The notes beneath the pieces were generated by a model. That model was not told the origin of the DNA. It saw only the letters and a list, made by a program, of their open reading frames with translations, and ran no database searches. From NCBI RefSeq assembly GCF_009914755.1, contig NC_060935.1: 64,000 nucleotides of DNA; one strand, given 5' to 3'. Every line of letters starts with the position of its first letter. Within the stretch, counting starts at the first letter, position 1. The stretch is from the human T2T-CHM13v2.0 reference genome, Homo sapiens. The translations under genes and the position numbers were made by a program. Of the stretch, positions 30,110 to 42,246 are shown piece after piece.

Positions 30110-30260
30110 ACTCTGGATGGGCACATGGTGGTGCGTAGCCATGCCCGTGTGTCGTCGCTGACCCTGAAGAGCATCCAGTACACTGATGCCGGAGAGTACA
30201 TCTGCACCGCCAGCAACACCATCGGCCAGGACTCCCAGTCCATGTACCTTGAAGTGCAAT
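30110..30260 (+). CDS. NCAM1: NCAM1 exon, Ig4 C-half (TLDGHMVVRSHARVSSLTLKSIQYTDAGEYICTASNTIGQDSQSMYLEVQ), 151 nt
   Basis: cggcag|ACTCTG ... CAAT|gtaagg; ORF 30053..30271. Confidence 0.98.
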
Positions 30261-30634
30261 GTAAGGAATAAATGGGGAAGGACCTGGGGGAGGGAGGGGC
30301 AAGGCAGGGTCAGGATGAGAGAGGAAAACATCAGCAAGGACCTATGTGCACCCTGTGTGTTCTGCTTACGTTCCCTGCAGCTGACCCTGGGCTATTTCAG
30401 AGCTCTGTTCCCAAGCCACCCCCTACACACCATCTCCAGGCTTCTTACAAGCCTGCTGTGCCCTTGAGTCTTCTTCCCATGCTGTGCACAGGAATTCTAG
30501 AATGGCCCTGACCTCTACTATACCAGGCGCTGGCTCTGCTTTGGAGCACACCTGCCTTCCCAGTGCCAGGAGACAGGATATGGGGGCTTCATAATCATGG
30601 CAGTCATCCTGACAGTCATTGTTATTTATTGCAG

Positions 30635-30819
30635 ATGCCCCAAAGCTACAGGGCCCTGTGGCTGTGTACACTTGGGAGGGGAACCAGGTGAACATCACCT
30701 GCGAGGTATTTGCCTATCCCAGTGCCACGATCTCATGGTTTCGGGATGGCCAGCTGCTGCCAAGCTCCAATTACAGCAATATCAAGATCTACAACACCCC
30801 CTCTGCCAGCTATCTGGAG
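30635..30819 (+). CDS. NCAM1: NCAM1 exon, Ig5 N-part (YAPKLQGPVAVYTWEGNQVNITC...NYSNIKIYNTPSASYLE), 185 nt
   Basis: attgcag|ATGCCC ... GAG|gtgagt; contains sequons NIT and NYS. Confidence 0.98.
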
Positions 30820-31182
30820 GTGAGTCAGGATGGGGGTGGGACAGAGCAGAGAAAGCACAGTTTGACTCTAGGTGGGCTCCAAAATGCAGCTCAAGTCCTC
30901 TCTCCTGCTTCTCTGGCACATCCTGAGCAGGGAAGGCATGGGCTAGAGAAGACACTGAGCCTCTTTTCAGCTCCCCTTCGCCCACTCTACCAGTCCCCTC
31001 CCTGAATGTGCCTCTCCCATGAGCCCCTCTGCTATTCTTTTCTCTTGTTTAAGGCTGGGCTGGAGCTAATGATTTATACTTTACTAGTTCTGTTTTTTAC
31101 TAACTTAATTCAGTAAATAAAGATCTGAGTCTGTGACCATCCCATAGGACACTTGTAACCCAATAGCTTCTTCCTTCTAAAG

Positions 31183-31279
31183 GTGACCCCAGACTCTGAG
31201 AATGATTTTGGGAACTACAACTGTACTGCAGTGAACCGCATTGGGCAGGAGTCCTTGGAATTCATCCTTGTTCAAGCAG
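31183..31279 (+). CDS. NCAM1: NCAM1 exon, Ig5 C-part (VTPDSENDFGNYNCTAVNRIGQESLEFILVQA), 97 nt
   Basis: ttctaaag|GTGACC ... GCAG|gtgagt. Contains the NCT sequon; NYS and NCT in Ig5 are the established polysialylation sites. Confidence 0.98.
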
Positions 31280-31611
31280 GTGAGTGTCCCTTACTCACCT
31301 GAGAGCAGCTGCCACAACCCCCCACCTAACCCTGCCAGCCCAATTTGTGTACTTGAGTGATTCCAGGATATTGGGAAGAAGAAAGGGCCAGGGTCAGCAA
31401 AGCCAGAGAGTTGGGAAGCTGGGAGCCATTGGATCAGCGCATGGGGCATGTTGGGGGAGAAGCATCTGGTGAGATGGGCCAGGAGGACAGGATACAGTGA
31501 CAGGATTCCCAAGAGTGAGCAGAAATGACAGAGATGTGCCTTGTGACTGAGAGTTAATGGTCTTGGGCCAAACTGGGCTCACCTGAGTCTCCATATGTGT
31601 CTTCCCCACAG

Positions 31612-31782
31612 ACACCCCCTCTTCACCATCCATCGACCAGGTGGAGCCATACTCCAGCACAGCCCAGGTGCAGTTTGATGAACCAGAGGCCACAGGTGGG
31701 GTGCCCATCCTCAAATACAAAGCTGAGTGGAGAGCAGTGGGTGAAGAAGTATGGCATTCCAAGTGGTATGATGCCAAGGAAG
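31612..31782 (+). CDS. NCAM1: NCAM1 exon, FnIII-1 N-part (DTPSSPSIDQVEPYSSTAQVQFDEPEATGGVPILKYKAEWRAVGEEVWHSKWYDAKE), 171 nt
   Basis: ccccacag|ACACCC ... GAAG|gtgagt. Confidence 0.98.
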
Positions 31783-32722
31783 GTGAGTTGGGCGAGTTGG
31801 TGTTTCCATTGGGATCATGAGTGCCTCAGTACTCAGATGTCCCCACCTGCCATCCTGGGCATGTTCCTACAGAATCAGGAACTGCACCTCCAGAATTAGG
31901 TCAAAGTCATATCTGCCTGTAGAGTTGTTGCCCCTATTGCCACCCCAACCCATGCTCTGTGCTTCAGAGCCTGGTTCTCATGACCCTTCCAGTATGGATG
32001 AAGGCATCTGTACCACATTCCAGGCAGGAACCTTGTGTAGGTTCTGAGCGCAGCCAGATGAGTCCAGCCCATAGGTTCTGAGCATGGCCAGATGAGTCTA
32101 ATCCATCCTACTCTGCACGTTTGAGTTACCTGTGCTGCAGGTTCTCTGCCGACACCCGGCCAGTCCTGCTTGGATATCTGTACTCAGGGACTGGCTGTCT
32201 TGTAATTGTGATAGTAACCAAATAAGCACAGCCAGCAGGACAAGTCTGCCCTTAAATCAGTCCTGTGCTAGCTTTCCAAGCTAAAGATTAAAAGACTGAC
32301 CCTTGGATTACTGCAGTGTGAAGATTCTGAGCCCAGATCATCTGAGGATAATGTGTGCTTATGTTGGACTCCCCTTTTTGGGTTTAATTGGAATAACTCA
32401 GTGAAGTATGTTTTGTTTCTGTACAAATTTTTAATCCTGGTCTCGTATGTGGTAATTCGAGTGGAATTGGAAGTAGGCTGGGATATCAGTATCACAGCCA
32501 TTCAGAGACATAGTCCAGTGCAGTTTCACTCAGAATTAGTTCTGCCAGAAAGTTTCCATCACTTCTTCAGCTTCTCGGGGGAGCCAGGGGGCCGAGAGGA
32601 GCTGCTGGGTAATCAGGATTGGAGCCAGAAGAAAGCAATCACTTTGCCTTCCTAACTTCCCTCTGAAATCTCATACCAATTTTGTGGCAGGTTGATCTCA
32701 TGTCACTATCTGTCCACCCGAC

Positions 32723-33460
32723 TTTTTTTTTTTTTAAAGATCAATTCTAGTTATTTTTATTATAAAATATACATAACATACATTTTACGTTCCATCATTT
32801 TTAAGTGTAAAATTCAGTGGCATTAAGTTGTAACCATCACCACCATCCATCTCCAGAACTTTTTATCATCCCAAACTGAAACTCTGTACCCATTAAACAC
32901 TAGCTCTTCATTCACTACCTCCTCCCAGCCCCTGGCAACCACCATGCTTTCTGTCTCTATGTAGTTGGCTATTCTAAGTACCTCACATAAGTGGACTCAT
33001 ATGGCATTTGTCCTTTTGTGGCTAGCTTATTTTATTTCACTTAGCATAATATCTTCAAGGTTCATCCATGTTGTAGCATGTGTCAGAATTTCCTTCCTGT
33101 TTAAGGTGGAATAACATTCCATTGTATGTCTATGCCACATTTCATGGATCCATTCATCAGTCAGTGGTCATTTGGGTTGCCTTTCGGCTATTGTGAATGA
33201 TGCTGCTGTGAACATGGGTAGCCCAGGTATCTGTATCTGTTTGGTCTGCCATCTGTATCTGTCATTTGGGTCTGCCTTTCGGCTATTGTGAATGATACTG
33301 CTGTGAACATGGACAGCCAGGTATCTGTATCTGTTTGGTCCCGACTTTCAATTCTATGCATATGCCCAGAAATAGAATTGCTGGACCAAATGATAAATCT
33401 ACAGTTAATTTTTTCAGGACCCTCCCTACTGTTTTTCAGAGCGGCTGCACCATTTTAACA
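32723..33460 (-). mobile_element. Old L1 (L1MB-like) 3' end
   Basis: T tract followed by typical L1M 3'UTR antisense text (ttaagtgtaaaattcagtggcattaag..., ttcacttagcataat...ttcatccatgttgtagcatg). Confidence 0.75.
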
Positions 33461-33496
33461 ATAGACTCTTTTGTCATCCTTCCCATATTATAACAG

Positions 33497-33628
33497 CCAG
33501 CATGGAGGGCATCGTCACCATCGTGGGCCTGAAGCCCGAAACAACGTACGCCGTAAGGCTGGCGGCGCTCAATGGCAAAGGGCTGGGTGAGATCAGCGCG
33601 GCCTCCGAGTTCAAGACGCAGCCAGTCC
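33497..33628 (+). CDS. NCAM1: NCAM1 exon, FnIII-1 C-part (ASMEGIVTIVGLKPETTYAVRLAALNGKGLGEISAASEFKTQPV), 132 nt
   Basis: taacag|CCAGCA ... GTCC|gtaagt. Confidence 0.98.
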
Positions 33629-34764
33629 GTAAGTAAAGCCAGCTGCCCCCCTTTTCCCAGCCCACCTTCTTCTCCCTGGGGGCAGTGGGGAACCCTGAGC
33701 TGGCCCATGTCATTGTTCAGACCACAGCTTTTTGTCTTTCAGATCCCTCTGCTCCTGGAGGCCCCACCTCCTAGTTCTCTGGTTCTCAGTGACAGCTAAC
33801 ACACAGTCCCTTCATTCTCTCTTTCTCCAAGGGGTTGGGGACACTGTCCTAGTAGCCGGTCCAGCTTGTTAGAATAACAGTGAAGGGGAAGGCACCAACA
33901 CATTATTAAAGGAAGTGGGGAGAAAACCAGGAGTGAGTTGTCAAAGGATCTGGGAAAGTTGCTTTTCGACAGGCCACAGAAGCCCTAAGCACCCTGTGAC
34001 TTGCAGGAAGAGGGTAAAGATGGTGACAGTTCACATAATGCATTGCGGGATCTTTGATGCAGCAGAGATATTAAGTCAGAGACAAATGGAAACTGCTATA
34101 GAATATGTGAGCAGCAGCAGAAACCCAGCAAAGCCAAGGGGAAGAGGTAGCCCTGGCCTTGGCCTTTTCTGCTCCTCTCCCTCCCATAGCAAGAGCATTC
34201 CTCACGGCCTCTTTCAAGAGAATTGCTTCCCCCTGATTCCACTCAGGGATGTATCTCTAGGTTTTCCTCGGCCATTCCCTCTTTCTTTTAACTACGCCTA
34301 TCCCACTTTGCCCTCCCTTCCCACCAGCAGCCAGGCTGTGGGCAAGCCCTGCTCCTGTCATACCCCTTTGCAGACAGAGATACTACCCTGGGAAGCTCCT
34401 GAGTCCACCCAGCTAAAGAAGATACCGTAGAACTAAATTTCTGAGTGTTCACAGAGTTCCCTGGGCTCTCTGACCCCTGGATTTAAAATGCACCTGGGAG
34501 AATCCTTTGCTTCCTTCTTTTTGAAGCCAGGGGCCTGCAAAGGGACCCACTGCCCTTACCTCTTCCCAGAAATAGGAAAGCCTGTCTCATCTTCCTTCTA
34601 CAGGAGTGGCTTCTTTCTCTGGATTTGAAGTAATTTGATAATTTGAGTTTCCAGCTCCATGTGCTCTGCGGATTCTATTCATTTCTTTTACATCTTATTT
34701 TTTTTTTCTTGGGTCTGTCTCTTGTTTTTTCTTTTCGTCTGTGTTCCATCCATGGGAAATGCAG

Positions 34765-34779
34765 ATAGCCCTCCTCCAC
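34765..34779 (+). CDS. NCAM1: NCAM1 MSD1a microexon (HSPPP), 15 nt, phase 1-1
   Basis: aatgcag|ATAGCCCTCCTCCAC|gtaagt, after a long pyrimidine tract. Confidence 0.95.
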
Positions 34780-36319
34780 GTAAGTGCCTCTTCATACCTC
34801 ATTACCTGTTTCCATAGCGTTAACATCTGCTAGTTCTAGTTCGTAATTTAGTTCTGGTCCCTTTTTTGTCCCCTAGAGGCTGAAGTAGATGATATTGTCT
34901 GGGCCCTAACCACACTGACCTTAGTCTAGTTGTGCTGTTGTTAACGTCTGTAGGTTACTCCAAGAGGCTAACACTCTTCCTGTTTTAGAGCATGCAACTT
35001 CTGTGTCTTTGGAAATTGTGCTTATTTATTAATTTTTGTGTGTGATGATTACCCCACGGCAAAGATGGTGTTTGCTGAGCCAAGCATGGTGGAAGTCTGC
35101 AGATGGGCCCTGAATAACACGCTATAGCCCCGCCTCACCTTCAGCCAGGATGCCGGGAAAGTGACCACAGCCCCACCAGGCCACTATTCAAAACACCTTG
35201 AAAGGAAAAAGAACCTGAAAGGATTTTCATATTTGCTTTTAGGAGATAAAGGAATTGAGCTCAGTTGCTTCCTTGCTTCTTGTCTGTCAGCTTGGTAGCT
35301 GGAGGGGAATAGGAGGACTGGCCAGGGAGGCTCCTGCAGCAGCTGCCATAGTCAAAACGTAGCATGAACTTTGGTTCCGAGCCATGGGCATGTCCCACAG
35401 GTAGCTGTTGCAGAGTTAAATCTCTAGTTCCGGTCAGCTCTGTTCTTTAGCATGTAGTTACTTGCAGTGTGCATCTCCTCGTTTGGGGAAGACTAACCAG
35501 CTAATGTAGGAACTCTTCTGCCATGCATGCTAGGGAAGGGGAGATTCCCCACTGGAAGGACACCCTTCATCATGTAAGCTGTACATAGAGGACACAGGGA
35601 ACAAGGGTAACAGAGAGATGAACTGTGGTTTGACCCCATTAGCCTGCAGAAATGCCCCTAAACTTCCCTTCTCCTGAGATTTGGTTCTTCCTAGGCTGAA
35701 CCAGAATAGCGGAGGGAGGTGTTACCCAGGCAGACACAGAAAAAAAGGTATTCAGGAAGCTGTACAGTCTTTTCATAAAAAGGCTCCCAGCTCCTGAAAG
35801 GTACCCAAGGAAGCTTATCTTTTTAACATTATTCAGAAATATTGCAGCAACAGCAAAAACTAAGTAGCTACATGTAGGTATTCTGAGATTTTGAGCAAGT
35901 GCCAAATGTCCTACCTCAGCAGAGTTGGTGCCGGGATGAACCAGCTCTCGAAGGCATCAGAGTTGGGGGATGGAGCCTTCAGGCCGGACTGACAGGTACC
36001 TGCTCTGGGCCTGCAGCTATGCCCTAAGCAAGTTCGAGAGGAGCCACTCTGGGCATGAGGGAACCTTCCTTCTGGATCTTCCCCTGATCTTTAACTTGTG
36101 GTTCAACTGAGTCTCCAGGTTTCCTCTGGTCTGGATTTGATCAGTAAATGAATGCTGGCTTAGTTACATTAAAGAGAGGAAGGCTGGGATGAGGCCCCCC
36201 TCTGAGTTTCTAACCAGTAACTGGAGTTTGAGTACTGAATCAGAGTAACTGGGTCTTGGACTTCAAAGGCCGCAGTGGTTTTCATTCATTGCCAGCTCAG
36301 TTCTTGCAAAGGTGAGACC

Positions 36320-36391
36320 ATATATATAGATATATAGATATATAGAGATATATAGATATATAGATATAGATATATAGATATATATAGATAT

Positions 36392-36426
<35 letters not shown>

Positions 36427-36437
36427 TAGATATATAT
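36320..36437. repeat. Compound (ATATAG)n/(GATA)n microsatellite
   Basis: Seen directly. Confidence 0.92.
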
Positions 36438-37958
36438 CTCAGAAGCTATATTTTTAAAGTCAATGTTAAAAATGAAATTTTTAATGAAATTTTAATTTTA
36501 AATTAAAATTTAGATTTTTAACTACAAAAAAGAGGTCTCCAGACCTTGTTGTTTATTGTCTGATAGTATCAAAATGGATAAGTAACCACGACTCCAAGAA
36601 GCCCTTTGGAAAAGGATGGTGTCATCTCTGCATTCCAAGTAGGTCATGAATGGTACAACAACAGGCATTGTTAGTGGTACAGAAAGTCAGTTTTTCTCAA
36701 TCATTTAATAAAGTTAAGGTCTGAAGAATCAAAAGGCAAACTTCTTTTAGATAAGTAGAACCATGGCATATTCTTAGAGTTGAGCACGCCTTTTGCAAGA
36801 ATTTTAGCAGGATGAGGCGGTGAACATATGGGAACATCATATTATCACCAAAGATAACTTATTATGGTCTTTCTTTGTGCCCTGATAACCTTCCCAGAGT
36901 TGCTGAAGTGAGGACTTAGCCCACGGAGTATCCTGCTGCCCCTAGACCCATCCTGAAAACAGATATCATTGGGAGGATGCTGCCAGCAGTTACAACTGCT
37001 ATGACAAACCCACCCTTTTGCTGCTAGGAACTGAGGACGAGCCTTAGGAAGGACCTTCTCTGAATTCTTACTCTCATTTCTTGGAAGACACAAAGATTGT
37101 CTGAACTTAGGTAGACAGAACCAACCACCAGTTTAGCTGTGTGCTTGCACTGAGCCCAAGAACCAGTGGCATTGGTTTCTGATGCCAGCTTACGGCACCA
37201 CTGACACTGCACCCCTGTCCTGTAATACTGTTGGGATGCAGATGCACAGCAGGATCTCCTACCACTGGAGTTGTGCTCTGGTTATACCCCAAGCCCCAAG
37301 GAAGAGAAGGCACAGAGTCAGCAGAGGCCAGTGTGCTGCACAGGCAGGTGTTGCTGCCGGACTCCTGGGCTGCCAGGTGTCAGGTGAGACCAGCGCATTT
37401 GGCACTGACTCATCGCTTGAAGTTCGTTGAGATGTCTCAATAATGGGGTTGCTTTCTTGGTTCTTTAATAGACCTTTCCATGTTTAGGGACATGGATATA
37501 TCAGAGCAGGGATGAGCAGGGGGAGCTAGTAAAAGCCACAAACACTTAATGGACTCTTGTTTTCAAGCTGCCAGTTAGTAAGCATGGCTTACCTGTTTGG
37601 AGGTTCCTTTGTGTGTAGTTCATGAATGTGCATGAAGGTAATGAGGAAGCTGTGACCCCAGACCAACAAATAAAACTCTAACCTGTGAGAATGTGCCTAT
37701 TTCATGTATTTTTTAAGCCAAATGTCTGCATGCCATCAAGACACTCAGGAGGAAAGCTCAAAACCTCTGTTTGCCTTGAGACGGGCTGCTTGTGTCAGAC
37801 TCCTTACAACTAGCTAGGAATCTTCCCCTCCATGACTGAGCTACCCACCTTCATAATTTCATTGCCCAAACATTACCTCTTAATTTGCTTCTGTACCATG
37901 AAGCAAAATAGATTATTTCTTTTTGAATATAGAGATTATGAATGAGTCTCTACTTTTT

Positions 37959-38072
37959 TTTTTTTTTTTTTTTTTTTTTGAGACGGAGTCTCGCTCTGTC
38001 GCCCAGGCTGGAGTGCAGTGGCGGGATCTCGGCTCACTGCAAGCTCCGCCTCCCGGGTTCACGCCATACTCC
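37959..38072 (-). mobile_element. 5'-truncated young Alu (AluYa5-like right-arm end)
   Basis: Poly(T) plus ~90 nt of right arm with the GAGATCCCGCC diagnostic. Perfect 16-bp TSD tgagtctctacttttt (37943-37958 / 38073-38088). Confidence 0.88.
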
Positions 38073-39241
38073 TGAGTCTCTACTTTTTAAAAGAGGCATC
38101 TTGAGATTTTTGTTTTCATATGTTGTCCCCCAGGTGGCACATTGCAAGTATAACTATGCAAACAATTCAAGCTAAACAAAGAAAAGAGAGGGAAGGAGAC
38201 CTGAATTAACCAGACCATCCAATAATGATGAGTTATGATTCTTTGTTGCTTTGATTCCAGTGACACTGTACTCATGGTTTAATGAGATGCCCTCATGTGG
38301 AAGGTAAAGGAAGACAAAACCATGAGTATTAGATATTAAGGCAGTGGCGGAGATACACTGAGGTTTTTCCAAATTTTCATCTAGCTCTCGAAGGAGACTT
38401 TGTTTTGTGACTGCTGATGGGACTACTTCCAAATATTTGCCAATGAAAAACCAAAGATCCATTCAGTGTCCCAGTATCTCAGATGCACAACTAACCATCC
38501 TCTACACAGAAGACTGGCTAGAATTTCAGTCCCAGTCTCTTCATCATTTCTATTCCCTGGAGGAGTGAGAATAATCCTGAACATTATTTGCATGGCTCTT
38601 ACGTAGCAGCCTCCAAATAACCACATTCTGTAGGGGAGTTTTGGAAGGCAGCAGTGGTTGCAGCATCATCTGTATGATAAAGGATCATGAACTTCATACA
38701 CTAGTACACATTAGGTAGGAGAGCCATTTCTGTCTCATTCATTCAGATGTTGAAATGAGTGAGGCATATAGGTTTTGCTATAAATAAAGTCATATGTGGA
38801 AATATATACCTATATAGAAACACATACATAGATGTGTAACATGAAAAGCCAATGTCTATTTTCTCCTTCACTGGTTCACCTTAAACTGAGGTCCAGATTC
38901 CTTTTCCTCCTATACCTCTCGTCCTATGGAGACAGCTGGTCCTGCTGAACTGGATATTTGTTTTCAGTCAAGGTTTGAGGCTTGTGCAGCTGTTCCTGGC
39001 CCAGACTTTACCTGAACTGCAGGGTTTGGCAGGTGCACAGTCTCAAGGTTTGACGTTAGAGAGAGCCCTGCTCCTCGCTAGTGCCCTGGCCAGCTGTTCA
39101 CACACGGTGTTGTTCTTCCCACTTTAACTCACTTCAGCTCCTCATACTGATGCCCCAGGGTTGTTGCTTCCATTTTTTTTTCATTCAGTATCTGTGTGCC
39201 TCAATGATCTTTTTTCCCCACCTTCATTTTTCTTCCTTCAG

Positions 39242-39289
39242 CGGCATCTGCTAGCTCGTCTACCCCTGTTCCATTGTCTCCACCAGATA
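39242..39289 (+). CDS. NCAM1: NCAM1 MSD1b exon (PASASSSTPVPLSPPD), 48 nt, phase 1-1
   Basis: ccttcag|CGGCAT ... CAGATA|gtgagt. Confidence 0.95.
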
Positions 39290-40439
39290 GTGAGTATCAT
39301 TTTCTTCATCCATCTCTCTGCAGGTCACTTTCCACCAGCCACAGTTTGTTTTGCCTAATGTTATCTCCTTCACCAGGTGATAATTCAACTCAGTTGGTGG
39401 AAAGCAGCGTCGGGTTTTAGAGGAGCAGTTGAGAAGAGAAACAGGCATAGGGCTTCTCAGATCCATGAGGGGCAGCCTTCCCTGAAGGAGAGGCGAGGGA
39501 AAAGCATTGTTCTGGATAGAAAACCCTGCAGGCAGGATCCCCAAGGCTGCCGCCCTGGGGCCAGCCCTGTCCTCAGGATTCTGAGTGGGCTGGATCAAAG
39601 CTCGTATTTGGAGAAGCCAAAGGAATTGACCAAGAAAAATGTCTCCTCTGCAGGGTCATAGAAAATGTGTTGGAGTGTTTTGTTTTTACCCTTCATTTTA
39701 ATTGGCACAGTTGGATACAGACATTGAAATTAGATAGGGAGGCCTGTAGCTTTCGCTTTATCCATAAATGCATACTTTTCTTGTAAATATTTGTGGGAAA
39801 ATAAACAGTGTCTGGCAGTGTCTGGCAGATGTGCCTGGCAGTAGGCGCTTAGGCAAATCGTTTAACCCTTCACAAGTGAGCCTTGTTTATCTCCTCTGTA
39901 AAATAGGATGAGTAGTCACCCACGTCCCGCCACCCTAAAGAAAATCACAAACATTTTCATGTTTATCATGCTCTGCTTTACCCACATGGGATCATTACCA
40001 CCAAGCCAGCAGTAATGTCAGCTGGTCGCTCTCAGATTTCATCATCCTGGCTAAGCCTTGCTCATTTCTGATCTAATTAATGTTGCTATCCTGTCCTTTT
40101 TTGTGCCTGAATGTGCAGGAGTAGAAGGGGCTCCAGGCCTGCCACTGTTTGGAGTTTTGAACCTAGCTTTCCAGGGAGGAATAGCAAAGTAAGACCACAG
40201 CTCAGTAAGACACAGGATGTAATGCCAGCATCTGCCCAGAGTGGCAGACAGCAGCAAATGGGCAGGCAGGGTGGTGCCGCCTGGCTGGCTTTATTCTCCT
40301 TGATATATCAGAAGCCCCTGTGGTTTGGACTCAGACTCAGGAGGTGACTCAAGCCTCAAGCTCAGAAGCCCTCTGTCACCATCTGTTGACTCAGAAGCAT
40401 GCCCACCATCCCATGCAGTGCTTTTCCAGGCACTGTCCT

Positions 40440-40680
40440 GTAGCAGACGGAGTTCAGGCTTTGGAAGTAGACAGACCTGGGTTCAAATCACAGCTCCGCT
40501 TCTTCCGCCTGAAGCTCCATAACCTAGGATAAGTCGCTAAGCCTCCCCAAGTCTCAGATTTCTTACCTCTAAGGTGAAGGATGGATTCCACTTACCTTTT
40601 CAGTGTTTGTGAAAATTAAAGATTAAATGTGAAGAACACAAAACATACTGCTCAGCATTTAGCAGCTGGAATTAATAGTA
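40440..40680 (+). mobile_element. MIR
   Basis: ggctttggaagtagacagacctgggttcaaatc...tctcagatttcttacctctaa. Confidence 0.55.
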
Positions 40681-40792
40681 AGAATAAATGAGAGTTATGT
40701 TATCTCTTGCTGCATGAAAGTCATTTGTCAGCAAAATCTCTGATCATCTCTTTTAAATATGTATATTAAGAGTCTTTTAAATATGTATATTA

Positions 40793-41197
<405 letters not shown>

Positions 41198-41260
41198 TTA
41201 ATTTATCTCCATTCTCTCCTTCACCTTTCTTTGCCTTTTCTGTCTGTCATGTTTCCATAG

Positions 41261-41302
41261 CAACTTGGCCTCTTCCTGCCCTTGCAACCACAGAACCAGC
41301 TA
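41261..41302 (+). CDS. NCAM1: NCAM1 MSD1c exon (TTWPLPALATTEPA), 42 nt, phase 1-1
   Basis: ttccatag|CAACTT ... CAGCTA|gtgagt. Confidence 0.95.
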
Positions 41303-42007
41303 GTGAGTACAGGGCTGAGTTGCTCTCGGCCAGACCTCTGATCGCTTGTTGTAGAGCCGACTTCTAGATTACAGCGCTGCCTGTTGTTTTCCCTTTTATT
41401 AAAAGCAACAGTTGTGAATGCATGAAGGCTCCTAGCCTGGTGTGGTTTCCTAAGCATGCCGTCTGCTTGGCCAAGAGAGCAAACCAAGCATCAGCAAAAG
41501 AACGGGGTTGATTATTGGAAGAATACTCCGTGCATGAGGAGGCTTTTCCAAATCGACTCTCTAGTTAAAAATAGCCAAGGATTAGGCAAACGCTGAGGAC
41601 ACAAAAGAACAGCATCTCCTTCCCGGCTTTCGCTTTGCTGTCCCTCCTTCTGAAATACACACGCTCATGCGCGTGTTAATTTAGCAGTAGCAAAAAGACT
41701 GAGAGCGAGGGAAGGAATAGGAGAAAATGGCTGCTTGAGGAAAGGGAGAGGGTGATGCCGAGAAGGAAGGAGCCGCTGCTTCCTGACAGCATGCCCGGCT
41801 TTGTCTCCGCGTACGCAGAGCACAGGGGAAGGAGAGAGCTCCTTCCTGCTGTCTCCTTTCAGGCTCCCGCCTCAGTGCTAGAAAAATGATGGGCAGAAAA
41901 AGCCTAATCCAGGCTCCCCTTGGGTTGAGAGTCCAGATGAAAGTGCTGGAATTTATCTCTTGACAACAGAGTCAAGAGCCAGATTGTATCCTCTTTTTTC
42001 ATCGTAG

Positions 42008-42246
42008 AAAACATTGCACAGAATCACTGCTGTAACATGTTCCAAGCTGGTCTTCATAATGCTCTAATGAAGTAAGATGTGTGTGGAGGACCTGAATCTC
42101 CTGAAGAATCCATATGAGTATGCGTGCATGTTCATAGTGTTCAAGCATCAAAGCTGTGTGGGAGTTTTAGATTTTATAATATTTCTGCTTGCACAGAAAA
42201 AAAATGGCATACATCCCATCAAGCAGAACAAGAAGGCAGAAAGCAG
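42008..42246 (+). CDS. NCAM1: NCAM1 SEC exon (secreted isoform): coding 42008-42075 (KNIAQNHCCNMFQAGLHNALMK*), exon 239 nt
   Basis: ttcatcgtag|AAAACA, in-frame TAA at 42073-42075, donor CAG|gtatgc at 42246. Peptide and length match the known SEC exon. Confidence 0.9.

Noticed and set aside
33497-33500. Alternative acceptor CCAG 4 nt into the exon
   Set aside because: Out of frame and a common chance arrangement; no supporting evidence.
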